From positions 4,871 through 68,870 of the forward strand of contig CAZWRY010000003.1 in assembly GCA_964636505.1 (NCBI GenBank): a DNA stretch of 64,000 nt. The letters run 5' to 3'. Below are positions 1 to 10,800 of the stretch, piece by piece. Each line of letters starts with the position of its first letter. Position 1 is the first letter of the stretch. Below the pieces are notes generated by a model. The model saw only the letters and a program-made list of their open reading frames with translations, was not told the origin of the DNA and made no database searches. The position numbers and the translations under genes are program-made. Source of the DNA: an uncultured Bdellovibrionales bacterium (lineage in GTDB: Bacteria; Patescibacteriota; Minisyncoccia; Moranbacterales; UBA2206).

Positions 1-786
1 ACCACTGGCTGGTAAAGTTCCTTGGGTCCAATTTATACCATCTGAAGAAATAGCTGTAGTATTGCCACTATATGGAACTGCTACAAATATTCCATTCCCA
101 TAAACCAAGGCATTTGATTTGTCTACAGGCAAAGTTCTTTGAGTCCAATTTATACCATCAGGAGAAGTAGCTGCAATAGTGCTGTCGTATGCAACAGCTA
201 CAAATGTACCATTGCCATAGGCTACCGACGTCCACTTTACATTGGCTGGCAATGTTCTCTGAACCCATGTAGAACCACTTGTTTTGTGCAGTGTCACTTT
301 CCCGCTTTCCCAATCAGTTCCATTAATCGCATCTTCCTGAAGATAATTAGCTTCAGTATTAAAATCAATGTTAGCCGTGCCTGCAGATGGGGTCAGCGTC
401 AATTCCGTTCCAGCTGTAACACCGGCATCTTTGGCACTATAGTTTGTCCATCCGGTCTGGTTACTATTGTGATTAGGATTATTAGCTGAAATTCCCCCAC
501 TCCAGCTGGTTTGATTCCATGTATATGTAGCCCCTTCTGAAACTTGAAAATCTTTAAATATCAAAGCCAGAGAAATGGTCAAAACAAAAACGGCCAAGAC
601 AATTTTTCTGAGTATTTGACCGTTAAACAAAGAAAAACTTTTTGTTGAAAAGTTTTTTGGACTCAAAAAGACGCTTTTTCTTTTTCTGTAATTGGACAAA
701 AAAAGCGTCCTCTTGCCACGAAACAAAATTACAGTTTTCTTTTTTTTATTTGAAATTTTTATCTTTCTTTTGTTTTGCGATTCCAT
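1..786 (-). CDS. Partial (runs off the window) surface/secreted protein with tandem ~39-aa beta-propeller-like repeats
   Basis: Not in the ORF track; translated by hand. ATG at 786 with GGAG upstream; MESQNKRK..., hydrophobic IVLAVFVLTISLALIF, then repeats WTSVAYGNGTFVAVA...SPDGINWTQRTLP / LVYGNGIFVAVP...SSDGINWTQGTLP. DNA repeat period 117 bp (positions 14 vs 131). Confidence 0.8.
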   Translation of the reverse strand, partial: MESQNKRKIKISNKKKKTVILFRGKRTLFLSNYRKRKSVFLSPKNFSTKSFSLFNGQILRKIVLAVFVLTISLALIFKDFQVSEGATYTWNQTSWSGGISANNPNHNSNQTGWTNYSAKDAGVTAGTELTLTPSAGTANIDFNTEANYLQEDAINGTDWESGKVTLHKTSGSTWVQRTLPANVKWTSVAYGNGTFVAVAYDSTIAATSPDGINWTQRTLPVDKSNALVYGNGIFVAVPYSGNTTAISSDGINWTQGTLPASG

Positions 787-804
787 TGCCAATCTCCAAA
801 AAAA

Positions 805-852
805 TGAAAATAAAGTGAAAAGAGATGAAACCCTTGTTTCTTTGTTTCATCT
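805..852 (-). terminator. Leader hairpin AGATGAAAC/GTTTCATCT followed by a U-rich tract
   Basis: 9-bp inverted repeat 823-831/844-852, T-rich downstream on the minus strand. Confidence 0.5.
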
Positions 853-869
853 TGAGTGCTTACCTCTTT

Positions 870-898
870 TTTATACTCTCTTTTGGAACAAAAGTCAA
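870..898 (-). promoter_or_regulatory. Sigma70-like promoter TTGACT-N17-TATAAA for the 1..786 gene
   Basis: -35 at 893-898, -10 at 870-875, 17-nt spacer. Confidence 0.65.
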
Positions 899-946
899 TG
901 TAAAAAAGCCTAAATAAGGTAAAAAAGTTCGCTAGAAAAGATTTAT

Positions 947-1387
947 TTATATTTTGACAAATTCTATGCCACTTTCATCCTCCGTAAGCTTAGCATAAAT
1001 TAAAATTACTTTTTTTTCTGGATATTTAGCCAATATTTTCTCCTTGGCTTTCTGCAATTCCTCTTCATGAAAGTGTTGCTCTGCTTCTTTATCGCCGTCA
1101 AACTTTTTTGAACCACCATAAGCCCCACAATCTTCATGATTAATGATGACTATTTTTTGGGCATGGTGCAGTTCAACCGGAACACTAATACAACTAAAAG
1201 CTAGCCCATTTTCCTCGCCTTCATTGATAGCCTTGGCTGATCCAGGTAATGACGGAAAATCAAAATCTTTGATACCTAGTTCTTTTTCCACAAATTCAAT
1301 CGTTTCCTTCCAAAATCTGAAATCAATACAAGACAAGACCACTGCTTCACAAGAATGAATTCCTTTAAATTTAAATGATGTTTGCAT
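947..1387 (-). CDS. Small beta-class carbonic anhydrase-like protein
   Basis: Zn-ligand motifs SCIDFRF (CxDxR) and HEDCGAY (HxxC). Confidence 0.8.
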   Translation of the reverse strand: MQTSFKFKGIHSCEAVVLSCIDFRFWKETIEFVEKELGIKDFDFPSLPGSAKAINEGEENGLAFSCISVPVELHHAQKIVIINHEDCGAYGGSKKFDGDKEAEQHFHEEELQKAKEKILAKYPEKKVILIYAKLTEDESGIEFVKI

Positions 1388-1398
1388 ATTTTTTATAA

Positions 1399-1845
1399 TT
1401 ATAAACTACTAATACTCGGCGCATGCTTGGAATAATGTTTTTTGGCCACCTTGATGCGAGCCGATTCTTTTTCAATAGCCGCAGCTACCAAGGCATATTC
1501 CGATTCATCCATTGTAATTTTTTGCTTCATTGATTCTTCGGCGCGTTTTTTAGCATCCTCGGCCATTTGCAGATCAATTTCTTCGGCGCGCTCAGCCATA
1601 TCGGCCAAAACCACCATTTCATTCTTATTTAGTTCAACAAAGCCACCTGAAACAGCCAGGATTGACTCTTGTCCTTCTTTTTTGAGACTAATTTCTCCGG
1701 ATCCAAGAACAGTAATGTACGGCATATGATTTGGTAAAACGGTCACTTCTCCATCTGTGGTTGGCAAAGTTACCTGATCGATTTCATCTTGAAAAACCGT
1801 ACGTTCCGGAGTAACAACTTTGAATTTTATTTTTTGAGTAGACAT
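1399..1845 (-). CDS. atpC: ATP synthase F1 epsilon subunit
   Basis: VVTPER, GEVTVLPNH, SGGFVE, VLADMAERAEEID; operon position. Confidence 0.97.
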   Translation of the reverse strand: MSTQKIKFKVVTPERTVFQDEIDQVTLPTTDGEVTVLPNHMPYITVLGSGEISLKKEGQESILAVSGGFVELNKNEMVVLADMAERAEEIDLQMAEDAKKRAEESMKQKITMDESEYALVAAAIEKESARIKVAKKHYSKHAPSISSL

Positions 1846-1857
1846 TTAAAAAGTTCG

Positions 1858-3240
<1,383 letters not shown>

Positions 3241-3266
3241 TTAAATAATTTATAATAAATATCGCT

Positions 3267-4226
3267 TTAGTTTTCCAACGCTGCCCTGCCAGCGGATATT
3301 TCTGAAATTTCCTGAGTAATCTTTGATTGCCTGATTTGGTTGTAGGCCAGTGTCAAATCATCAACCATTTCATTGGCTGCATCGGTTGCATTTCTCATGG
3401 CCATCATACGTGCCGCTTCTTTGGAAGCATTAGCTTCGAGCATGGCATGGTATATTTGCATTTCAATCAAACGCGGAAAAATGGCTTTCAAAACTTCTTT
3501 TGGATAGGGTTCTATTTTATATTCAATTTCCGGTTCATCCAGGCCATACTCTTTGGCCAGAACATCCATCTCGGCAATTTGTTTTTCCAAATCAATTTTG
3601 GAAACTGGCAGAATTTGTCGTACACGTGTTTCCTGCTTGAGAGTGGAGACATAGTCAGTATAAAAAATAACTACTTTGTCATATTTTTCCGCCATATATT
3701 CATCAATGACAATTCTTCGGATAGCCCGGGCATCACTCATTCTGGGCACAAACATTGATTCGGGGAAAGTGGCCACAATTTCCCTTTTCATTTTTTTAAC
3801 CATATTATCCCCTTTACGTCCGACAGTAATAAAATCGATTTTTAATTTGTCATTAGGGATAGTGGATTCTATTTTTTTCGTCCCAACTCTATTGATTTTT
3901 AACTTTTCCGGATTAGACAATTCATCTTTAACTTTTTTAAAAATTTGCGAATTAAACGATCCGCAAAGACCGCGATTAGAAGTCACCAAAATAGCCAGAA
4001 CATTTTTCACTTCACGTACAGCCAAGAGTTTCTTCTCATATTTTTCGAAAATTCGAGAAAGATTTGTCAAAATACTCCAGGCGCTGTGAGCATATTCCCT
4101 AACTTGCAGCACACCCAAAACAGCCTTTCTCATTTTGGCAGCCGAAACCATCTCCATCGCTCGGGTTATTTTTCCAATATTTTTATTGGACTTTATTCTT
4201 CTTTTAATATCTTTGCCACTAGCCAT
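3267..4226 (-). CDS. atpG: ATP synthase F1 gamma subunit
   Basis: KITRAMEMVSAAK, RGLCGSFN, RQSKITQEISEI. Confidence 0.98.
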   Translation of the reverse strand: MASGKDIKRRIKSNKNIGKITRAMEMVSAAKMRKAVLGVLQVREYAHSAWSILTNLSRIFEKYEKKLLAVREVKNVLAILVTSNRGLCGSFNSQIFKKVKDELSNPEKLKINRVGTKKIESTIPNDKLKIDFITVGRKGDNMVKKMKREIVATFPESMFVPRMSDARAIRRIVIDEYMAEKYDKVVIFYTDYVSTLKQETRVRQILPVSKIDLEKQIAEMDVLAKEYGLDEPEIEYKIEPYPKEVLKAIFPRLIEMQIYHAMLEANASKEAARMMAMRNATDAANEMVDDLTLAYNQIRQSKITQEISEISAGRAALEN

Positions 4227-4229
4227 ATA

Positions 4230-5750
4230 TTATTCCGTATATGTTTCTTTAAATTCCTTGATTGCTTTTTCCAGTTTTTTAACGATTTCATCGGTTAACT
4301 CTTTTTTCTTGCCCAATTCTTGCATAAATTCTTTTTGCTGAGTGTTCATAAATTTGTGAAAATCACTTTCCCATTCCCTGATTTTTTCTGCAGCCACATC
4401 ATCCAAAAATCCATTGGACAGGGCGTAGAGAATGGCCGTTTGATTTTCAACTGGCATTGGCTCATATTGGTCTTGTTTCAAAATTTCCACTGTTCTCTTA
4501 CCTCTTTCAATTTGTTTTCGAGTAGCCTCATCCAGGTCCGATCCAAATTGCGCGAAAGCTTCCAATTCTCGGAATTGCGCCAAATCCAGACGTAATTTTC
4601 CAGCCACCTTTTTCATTCCTTTAGTTTGGGCAGCCGATCCCACACGGGAAACTGAAAGACCAACATTCAAGGCCGGACGAATACCTTTGTAAAATAAATC
4701 AGATTCCAAATAAATTTGTCCGTCTGTAATGGAAATAACATTGGTCGGAATATAAGCTGAAACATCGCCAGCTTGCGTTTCAATCACCGGTAGGGCTGTA
4801 ATTGATCCACCGCCAAAATTTTCATCCAGGCGAGCTGATCTTTCCAAAAGTCTGGAGTGCAAATAGAAAATGTCTCCGGGATAGGCTTCGCGTCCTGGCG
4901 GTCTCTTTAAAATCAAAGAAATCTGACGATAGGCCCAAGCATGCTTACTTAGATCATCATAAATAATCAAAACATCTTTACCCTTGTCCATAAAATATTC
5001 TCCCATCGCACAACCAGCATAAGGTGCAATGAATGAGAGTGAAGCTGAATCAGAAGCTCCAGCTACAACCAAAATCGTATGTTCCATAGCTCCATGTTTT
5101 TCCAATTCCGCTTTGATTCTGGCAATTTTGGATTCTTTTTGCCCAATGGCTACATAAATACAAATCAAATCTTGTCCTTTTTGATTTATGATTGTATCAA
5201 TAGCAATAGCTGTTTTTCCGACCTGGCGGTCGCCGATAATAAGTTCGCGCTGTCCTCTTCCGATTGGAATGAGTGCATCGATAGCTTTTATTCCAGTTTG
5301 AACCGGTACAGTTACGCCTTTTCGGGTAATAACTCCTGGCGCAATTTTTTCTACTGGATAAAATTTATCTGAATCTATTTTTCCTTTACCATCAATGGCC
5401 ATGCCTAAAGGATCAACTACTCGGCCAATCAGATTATCACCTACTGGCACAGAAAGAATTTTCCCAGTTGATTTCACAGTATCGCCTTCCTTGATGTTTT
5501 CAAATTTTCCCAGAATCATGGCACCAATTTGTCCTTCTTCCAGGTTCAAGGCGACACCAAAAATTCCACCAGGAAATTCCAACATTTCCGAAGCCATTAC
5601 ATCGGAAAGCCCGGAAATTTTGGCTACACCATCTCCCACTTCAACGACAGTACCAATTTTTTCTGTCTGGGTTTTGGTTTCAAAATTTTCTATTTGCTTT
5701 TTAAGTTCATCAATTATGTAGTCCTTGTTCACCCCGTTAAATTTTTCCAT
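4230..5750 (-). CDS. atpA: ATP synthase F1 alpha subunit; N-terminal MEKFNGV supplied by an inserted element
   Basis: [24 protein letters not shown]; GTG at 5732 is an alternative start. Confidence 0.99.
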   Translation of the reverse strand: MEKFNGVNKDYIIDELKKQIENFETKTQTEKIGTVVEVGDGVAKISGLSDVMASEMLEFPGGIFGVALNLEEGQIGAMILGKFENIKEGDTVKSTGKILSVPVGDNLIGRVVDPLGMAIDGKGKIDSDKFYPVEKIAPGVITRKGVTVPVQTGIKAIDALIPIGRGQRELIIGDRQVGKTAIAIDTIINQKGQDLICIYVAIGQKESKIARIKAELEKHGAMEHTILVVAGASDSASLSFIAPYAGCAMGEYFMDKGKDVLIIYDDLSKHAWAYRQISLILKRPPGREAYPGDIFYLHSRLLERSARLDENFGGGSITALPVIETQAGDVSAYIPTNVISITDGQIYLESDLFYKGIRPALNVGLSVSRVGSAAQTKGMKKVAGKLRLDLAQFRELEAFAQFGSDLDEATRKQIERGKRTVEILKQDQYEPMPVENQTAILYALSNGFLDDVAAEKIREWESDFHKFMNTQQKEFMQELGKKKELTDEIVKKLEKAIKEFKETYTE

Positions 5751-5829
5751 ATTATTATTTTTGAATAAATTTTTACGCTTATATTAGTTATTTCATACAA
5801 ATCCCGACTTAACAAACTATTTAACGGGG
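5732..5829. mobile_element. 98-bp MITE-like element, TIR CCCCGTTAAAT, 4-bp target duplication TTCA
   Basis: Perfect 11-bp TIRs at 5732-5742 and 5819-5829; TTCA at 5728-5731 and 5830-5833. Confidence 0.8.
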
Positions 5830-5855
5830 TTCATATGTTAAATTTAAAAAAATAT

Positions 5856-6257
5856 TTAATTTGTTAAATTATTTTTTAGCCTGGTCAATTGTCCTTCTAT
5901 ACTTCCGTCCAGCACTTCATCCCCGACTTCGATAACGATTCCGCCTTTGATTTTTTCATCTGTAATATTTTTTATTAAAACTTTTTTAGCGACATATTTT
6001 TCCTTAATAAAATTTTCAATTTTTTTTAAAGATTTTTCATCCAATTTTTCTCGGCTGGTTATTTCTGCCATAACAACTCCATTTTCCTTATTCCAAATTT
6101 CTTCAAATTTCTTGGATATTTTGGCAAACAATTTTATTTGCCTATTTTTGTCTAAAATTTTAATAAAATTGGCTACAGCCACAGAGATCTCTTTTTGAGA
6201 TTTTTCTTTAGTTGCAGCATATAGACTTTTAGCGTATTGATTAGCTGTGATTTTCAT
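5856..6257 (-). CDS. atpH: ATP synthase delta subunit (short form)
   Basis: YAKSLY at N-terminus, IKGGIVIEVGDEVLDGSI at C-terminus. Confidence 0.93.
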   Translation of the reverse strand: MKITANQYAKSLYAATKEKSQKEISVAVANFIKILDKNRQIKLFAKISKKFEEIWNKENGVVMAEITSREKLDEKSLKKIENFIKEKYVAKKVLIKNITDEKIKGGIVIEVGDEVLDGSIEGQLTRLKNNLTN

Positions 6258-6742
6258 TATTTTATCGCTTTCTCAATTAGTTCCTTGTCTTTGGCGGAAT
6301 TCATTTTTTCATCAATAATTTTTTCCGTAGCTCTGACCACTAAATCGGCAATTTCTGATTTGGCGTCTTTAACGGCTTTATTTTTTTCTTGTTCAATTTG
6401 AACTTTGGCTTCTGCCAAAATTTTTTCTGATTGTTCCTTGGCTGAAACTTCAATATCCCTCGCATTCTTCAGCGCCACATCTTCTGATTTTTTGATTATC
6501 TTTTGAGCTTCATTTCTGGCTTCGGCCAAGATCTTTTTTTCTCTTTCGGCAATTTCTACCAATTTATTTTTAGCATCCTCAGCATCTTTTAGGCCTTTTT
6601 CGATTTTCTTCGTTCTGTTTTCCAACATTTTGAGCACTGGACCGTAGGCAAATTTATACAAAACAAAAAGTAAAACCAAAAAATTGATTATCTGAGCAAC
6701 AAGTAGTTTTATATTGATACCTAAATTATTTAGTAGTTCCAT
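6257..6742 (-). CDS. atpF: ATP synthase Fo b subunit
   Basis: AQIINFLVLLFVLYKFAYGP transmembrane helix plus charged coiled coil. Confidence 0.96.
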   Translation of the reverse strand: MELLNNLGINIKLLVAQIINFLVLLFVLYKFAYGPVLKMLENRTKKIEKGLKDAEDAKNKLVEIAEREKKILAEARNEAQKIIKKSEDVALKNARDIEVSAKEQSEKILAEAKVQIEQEKNKAVKDAKSEIADLVVRATEKIIDEKMNSAKDKELIEKAIK

Positions 6743-6764
6743 AAGAAATTAATTTATAATTATT

Positions 6765-6794
6765 TCCGCCAGAGGCGGATCAGCCTTCGGCTGA
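6765..6794. repeat. 30-bp double-hairpin REP-like palindrome TCCGCC-AGA-GGCGGA-TCAGCC-TTC-GGCTGA
   Basis: Two adjacent 6-bp stems with 3-nt loops; related copy inside tgt at 18713-18742. Confidence 0.8.
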
Positions 6795-6870
6795 GATTTT
6801 TTAATTAGTTATTCCCAGTTTTTGGTCCGCAGAATGAAACTACGAACCATGAACTAAGTCCTACCGACTA

Positions 6871-7164
<294 letters not shown>

Positions 7165-7222
7165 TTAACCTGTGGTTTATCGTCACTATCTGCTTATTTA
7201 AAAAATAATTAAAAACACAACT

Positions 7223-7975
7223 TTAATGATGCTCTATAGCTGCTGTTTTCAGAAAAACCAGAGTGAGCATTGAAAATACCAAAGCCTGAATAAAACCAAC
7301 GAATAATTCCAAAAATAAAAATGGAAGCGGAACAAAAAATGGAATCAGATTCAACATTACAATCAACAGAACTTCTCCAGCAAAAATATTCCCAAAGAGA
7401 CGAAAGGAAAATGAAACAACTTTAGCCGTTTCACCGACAATCTCCAGGAGTCCCACGAAAGTTCCGACGATATAGAACGGCTTTTTGAACGGATTAACGA
7501 AAAATTTTCCGGTATATTTAAAAAATCCAATAGTTATAATTCCCATAAATTGAACGGCAAAAACTGCTACCAGAGCAATAGCCAAGGTCACATTCAGATC
7601 AGCTGAGGCACTTCTGAGAAATGGAACCAGTACAGTTTTCCCATGAATTTCTTCATTTATTCCAATCGTTCCCAACCCTGGAACAAGTTCTACCCAATTG
7701 GAAAGAATAACAAAAATAAAAATAGTCATTATTATCGGGAAAAATTTTTTTGTTTGCTTTCTGTCTTGAGTTACTCCGTCAATTAAACTAAGGAAGGCTT
7801 CCACAATTGATTCAAATATATTTTGCACACCTCTAGGAACAAGTTTTAATTTACTTCCCAAAATAACTGAAAAAAGTATGATGAAGAGGCTCAAAAAAAA
7901 TGTCACTAAAAGTGTATTTGTTACAGGAAAGCTTCCTAGATGAAATATCGTTTCTGGTGCTAATGAAATCTCCAT
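7223..7975 (-). CDS. atpB: ATP synthase Fo a subunit
   Basis: SFSFRLFGNIFAGE, FIQALVFSMLT. Confidence 0.98.
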   Translation of the reverse strand: MEISLAPETIFHLGSFPVTNTLLVTFFLSLFIILFSVILGSKLKLVPRGVQNIFESIVEAFLSLIDGVTQDRKQTKKFFPIIMTIFIFVILSNWVELVPGLGTIGINEEIHGKTVLVPFLRSASADLNVTLAIALVAVFAVQFMGIITIGFFKYTGKFFVNPFKKPFYIVGTFVGLLEIVGETAKVVSFSFRLFGNIFAGEVLLIVMLNLIPFFVPLPFLFLELFVGFIQALVFSMLTLVFLKTAAIEHH

Positions 7976-8072
7976 TTTCTTTAAAAATTTAATTAACCCA
8001 ATATCGAAACAGGCCTACTTTTCCTACATTATATCCTCTAATGATAAGCAAGAAAAGACCCGTTTTCAAAAT

Positions 8073-8309
8073 TTATTTATCTAACTTGTTTAAAATATCC
8101 ACGGTCTTCCTATAAATCAAATAGGAAGAAATTGTAATCGAAATTAATATTCCAATCAGAAGAAACCAGGGAGAACTTTCAAATTTTTTGTCCAGAAACC
8201 TCCCAATCAGTGCCAACCCAACCAACGGTACAGCAATGGAATAACCCAATTCCCAAGCCAGCGACACGGCTGACCATGGTTTTTCATTTTTCTTATCTTC
8301 TTCTTTCAT
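8073..8309 (-). CDS. AtpZ/AtpI family membrane protein
   Basis: ELGYSIAVP...GRFLDKKFESSPWF, two TM helices, first gene of the atp operon. Confidence 0.85.
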   Translation of the reverse strand: MKEEDKKNEKPWSAVSLAWELGYSIAVPLVGLALIGRFLDKKFESSPWFLLIGILISITISSYLIYRKTVDILNKLDK

Positions 8310-8363
8310 TATTTTTTAATAAAAAATAATTTAAGATAAAATGTTTCAAATCTATAGTATTTA

Positions 8364-8392
8364 ATTATCTCTTGATAATTTAAAAAAGTCAA
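8364..8392 (-). promoter_or_regulatory. Probable atp operon promoter TTGACT-N17-GATAAT
   Basis: -35 at 8387-8392, -10 at 8364-8369. Confidence 0.55.
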
Positions 8393-8499
8393 CCCCGTTA
8401 AAATTTTTGCATATTTTTGGCCTCATTTCGGCATTAAGGCGAAGCCGCTTCGCTCTAGTTTCTGCCTAAAATTACATGTTTTTCGAAATTTGTACGGGG
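8393..8499. mobile_element. 107-bp MITE-like element, TIR CCCCGTT/ACGGGG, 4-bp target duplication TCAA
   Basis: CCCCGTTAAAATTT vs reverse complement of right end CCCCGTACAAATTT (12/14); TCAA at 8389-8392 and 8500-8503; internal hairpin GCGAAG-CCG-CTTCGC. Confidence 0.75.
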
Positions 8500-9326
8500 T
8501 CAACCCCAAATAATTTTTTAGCATTTTCCGTCGTAATTTCCGTCACTTCTTCTGCCGAAATTTCCTTTATTTCAGCTATTTTTTGGGCTACAAATTCCAC
8601 ATAAGCCGGCTCATTTCGCTCGCCCTTTTGGGGCACGGGAGCAAGGTATGGACAATCAGTTTCTACAACAATCTTTTCAATTGAAATTTCTCTGATTAAA
8701 CGATCGTAACTTTCACCATAAGTAATAATCCCATTAAGCCCAATTGAATATCCAAGTTCAATAAATTTATTGGCAGTTTTATATCCTCCAACAAAACTAT
8801 GAATGACTCCTTTTTTATTTACCGGATTTTCTTTTAATATTTCAAAAAGATCATCGTAAGCATCCCAACAATGGATTATCAGTGGCTTATTAAGTTCATT
8901 AGCCAGTTTGATAAATCCAATAAAAACTTCTTTTTGTTTATTTTTTAATTTTTCAACATCATCCCCTTCTTCAAAATGATGATAATCCAATCCGACTTCT
9001 CCAATTGCCACCACTTCTTTATTTTTGCCCAATTCTCGATATTTTTTAAAATCAACATCTTCACCGATAGTTTGAATTTCGGCTTGGGTGAGCTCGCCAT
9101 CATCATAAACAAAATGTCCTTTTTGCAAATGCACCGGATGCGTTCCAATGGCCGCCCAAATTTGATTGGGATATTTTTGGGCGTACTCAACCGCCCTCTT
9201 GCTTGTTGAATACTGCGATCCGACATTGATAAAAAAAATGCTTTTGTCCAAAGCTCTTTTAATTACCGCGTCCGCATCTTCGCGATACGCACCAAAATTT
9301 ACATGGGCATGAGTATCAATCAACAT
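8472..9326 (-). CDS. tatD: TatD family DNase
   Basis: LIDTHAH, AIGEVGLDY, IIHC, ETDCPYLAP, RNEP. Confidence 0.95.
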   Translation of the reverse strand: MLIDTHAHVNFGAYREDADAVIKRALDKSIFFINVGSQYSTSKRAVEYAQKYPNQIWAAIGTHPVHLQKGHFVYDDGELTQAEIQTIGEDVDFKKYRELGKNKEVVAIGEVGLDYHHFEEGDDVEKLKNKQKEVFIGFIKLANELNKPLIIHCWDAYDDLFEILKENPVNKKGVIHSFVGGYKTANKFIELGYSIGLNGIITYGESYDRLIREISIEKIVVETDCPYLAPVPQKGERNEPAYVEFVAQKIAEIKEISAEEVTEITTENAKKLFGVDPVQISKNM

Positions 9327-9331
9327 AACCT

Positions 9332-10798
9332 TTATTTTATTCTTTGAAAAAGCGGCTCGACTTGTCTGGTTTCCAGGGCTTTTTTTATTTTTTCGGCAGT
9401 TTCGGGTAAAAATGGAGTTAACAAATCAGAAATAACACTTAAATCTTCTACCAGTTTTTGCATTACTTCTTGAAATCTTTCTGAGTCATTTTTAGCAAGT
9501 TCCCAAGGCTTATTATCTTCAATAAACTTATTGTCTTCTTTGATGATTCCCCAGATATAATCCAAACCAAAACTAAGCTCCATCTTTTCAATGAAGGGAT
9601 CCAGCTTCCCCGAAGCTAAGCTTCGGGGTGATTCACCACGAAGCTTAGCTTCGGGGGACAATTTAATAACTCGTGAAACCAGGTTTCCAAGTCCATTGGC
9701 CAAGTCTGCGTTATATTTTTCCGTCATCCATTCCCAATTGATATCCACATCATCACCAAAACTATTGAGACTCAGCAGAATGTAGCGCGTGCCATCAATG
9801 CCAAACTTTTCTACCATTTCGTAAGGAGAAATGACATTTCCCAAAGACTTGGACATTTTTTGCCCATTGCTAGTCAGAAAACTATTAATGAAAATTTGCT
9901 TTGAGGCTGGCAAATTAACTGCCATAAGCATGGCTTGCCACATCGCCGACTGCGGACGTAAATTATCTTTGCCAGCTACTTGAATGCCTGGCCACCAATC
10001 AAAAAATGTTCCAGGAGCACCAACAGGTAATTGAGCAGAATCGTCAGGTTTACCCGCCGAAGCTTCAGCAGAGGCGGGCCAGCCAATAGCAGAAACATAA
10101 TTAATCAAGGCATCAAACCAAACATACATTACCTGACTTTCATCGCCCGGCACAGGTACGCCCCAAGGCATTTTTTCTTTCACGCGCGAAATAGAAAAAT
10201 CTTCCAGTCCCATATTTACAAAACTTTTAATCTCATTAAACCGGTGAGCTGGAACTATGAACTCAGGATTTTTTTCATACAAACCAAGCAGTTTTTGCTG
10301 AAAAGCAGAAAATTTGAAAAAATAATTTTCTTCTTCTCTGATTTCTATTTTTCTATTGGGGTGCAATGGACAACAACCGTCAACCAGTTCTGAATCGGTT
10401 TTTTCCAATTCGCAACCGACACAATATTTTGTTTTGTAATTCTTTTTGTAGATATAACCATTAGCTTCCGCCTGTCGCCAAAATTCTTGCGCAGCTTTCA
10501 TATGATGTTCATCGGTCGTGCGAATAAAATTATCAAAGCTCAAGTTGAGAACATTTTTTAGCTCCTTGAATTTTTCTACTTGTTGATCACAATAGGCCTG
10601 CGTATCCAAACCAAGCTCCTGAGCTCGTTCATATATTTTGGCACCATGCTCATCTGTACCAACATTAAAAAAAACTTCATGGCCAGCCATTCTCTGAAAT
10701 CTCGCCCAAGCATCCGCTCGAATAACTTCCCACGCATAACCAATATGCGGTTCGGCATTCACATAGGGCAAGGTAGTTGTAATATATTTTTTAGCCAT
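9332..10798 (-). CDS. metG: Methionine--tRNA ligase (short form) with two palindrome-derived in-frame insertions
   Basis: YITTTLPYVNAEPHIGY, GTDEHG, YVWFDAL, KMSKSLGN. Confidence 0.97.
   Translation of the reverse strand: MAKKYITTTLPYVNAEPHIGYAWEVIRADAWARFQRMAGHEVFFNVGTDEHGAKIYERAQELGLDTQAYCDQQVEKFKELKNVLNLSFDNFIRTTDEHHMKAAQEFWRQAEANGYIYKKNYKTKYCVGCELEKTDSELVDGCCPLHPNRKIEIREEENYFFKFSAFQQKLLGLYEKNPEFIVPAHRFNEIKSFVNMGLEDFSISRVKEKMPWGVPVPGDESQVMYVWFDALINYVSAIGWPASAEASAGKPDDSAQLPVGAPGTFFDWWPGIQVAGKDNLRPQSAMWQAMLMAVNLPASKQIFINSFLTSNGQKMSKSLGNVISPYEMVEKFGIDGTRYILLSLNSFGDDVDINWEWMTEKYNADLANGLGNLVSRVIKLSPEAKLRGESPRSLASGKLDPFIEKMELSFGLDYIWGIIKEDNKFIEDNKPWELAKNDSERFQEVMQKLVEDLSVISDLLTPFLPETAEKIKKALETRQVEPLFQRIK
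9608..9656. repeat. 49-bp near-perfect palindrome made of two inverted REP-like units, in frame in metG
   Basis: CCCCGAAGCTAAGCTTCG-G-GGTGA-T-TCACC-A-CGAAGCTTAGCTTCGGGG. Confidence 0.85.
10053..10078. repeat. REP-like palindrome CCCGCC-GAAGCTTCAGCAGA-GGCGGG, in frame in metG (PASAEASAG)
   Basis: GC-rich inverted repeat in an AT-rich gene, right after the AIGWP motif. Confidence 0.65.
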
Positions 10799-10800
10799 AT

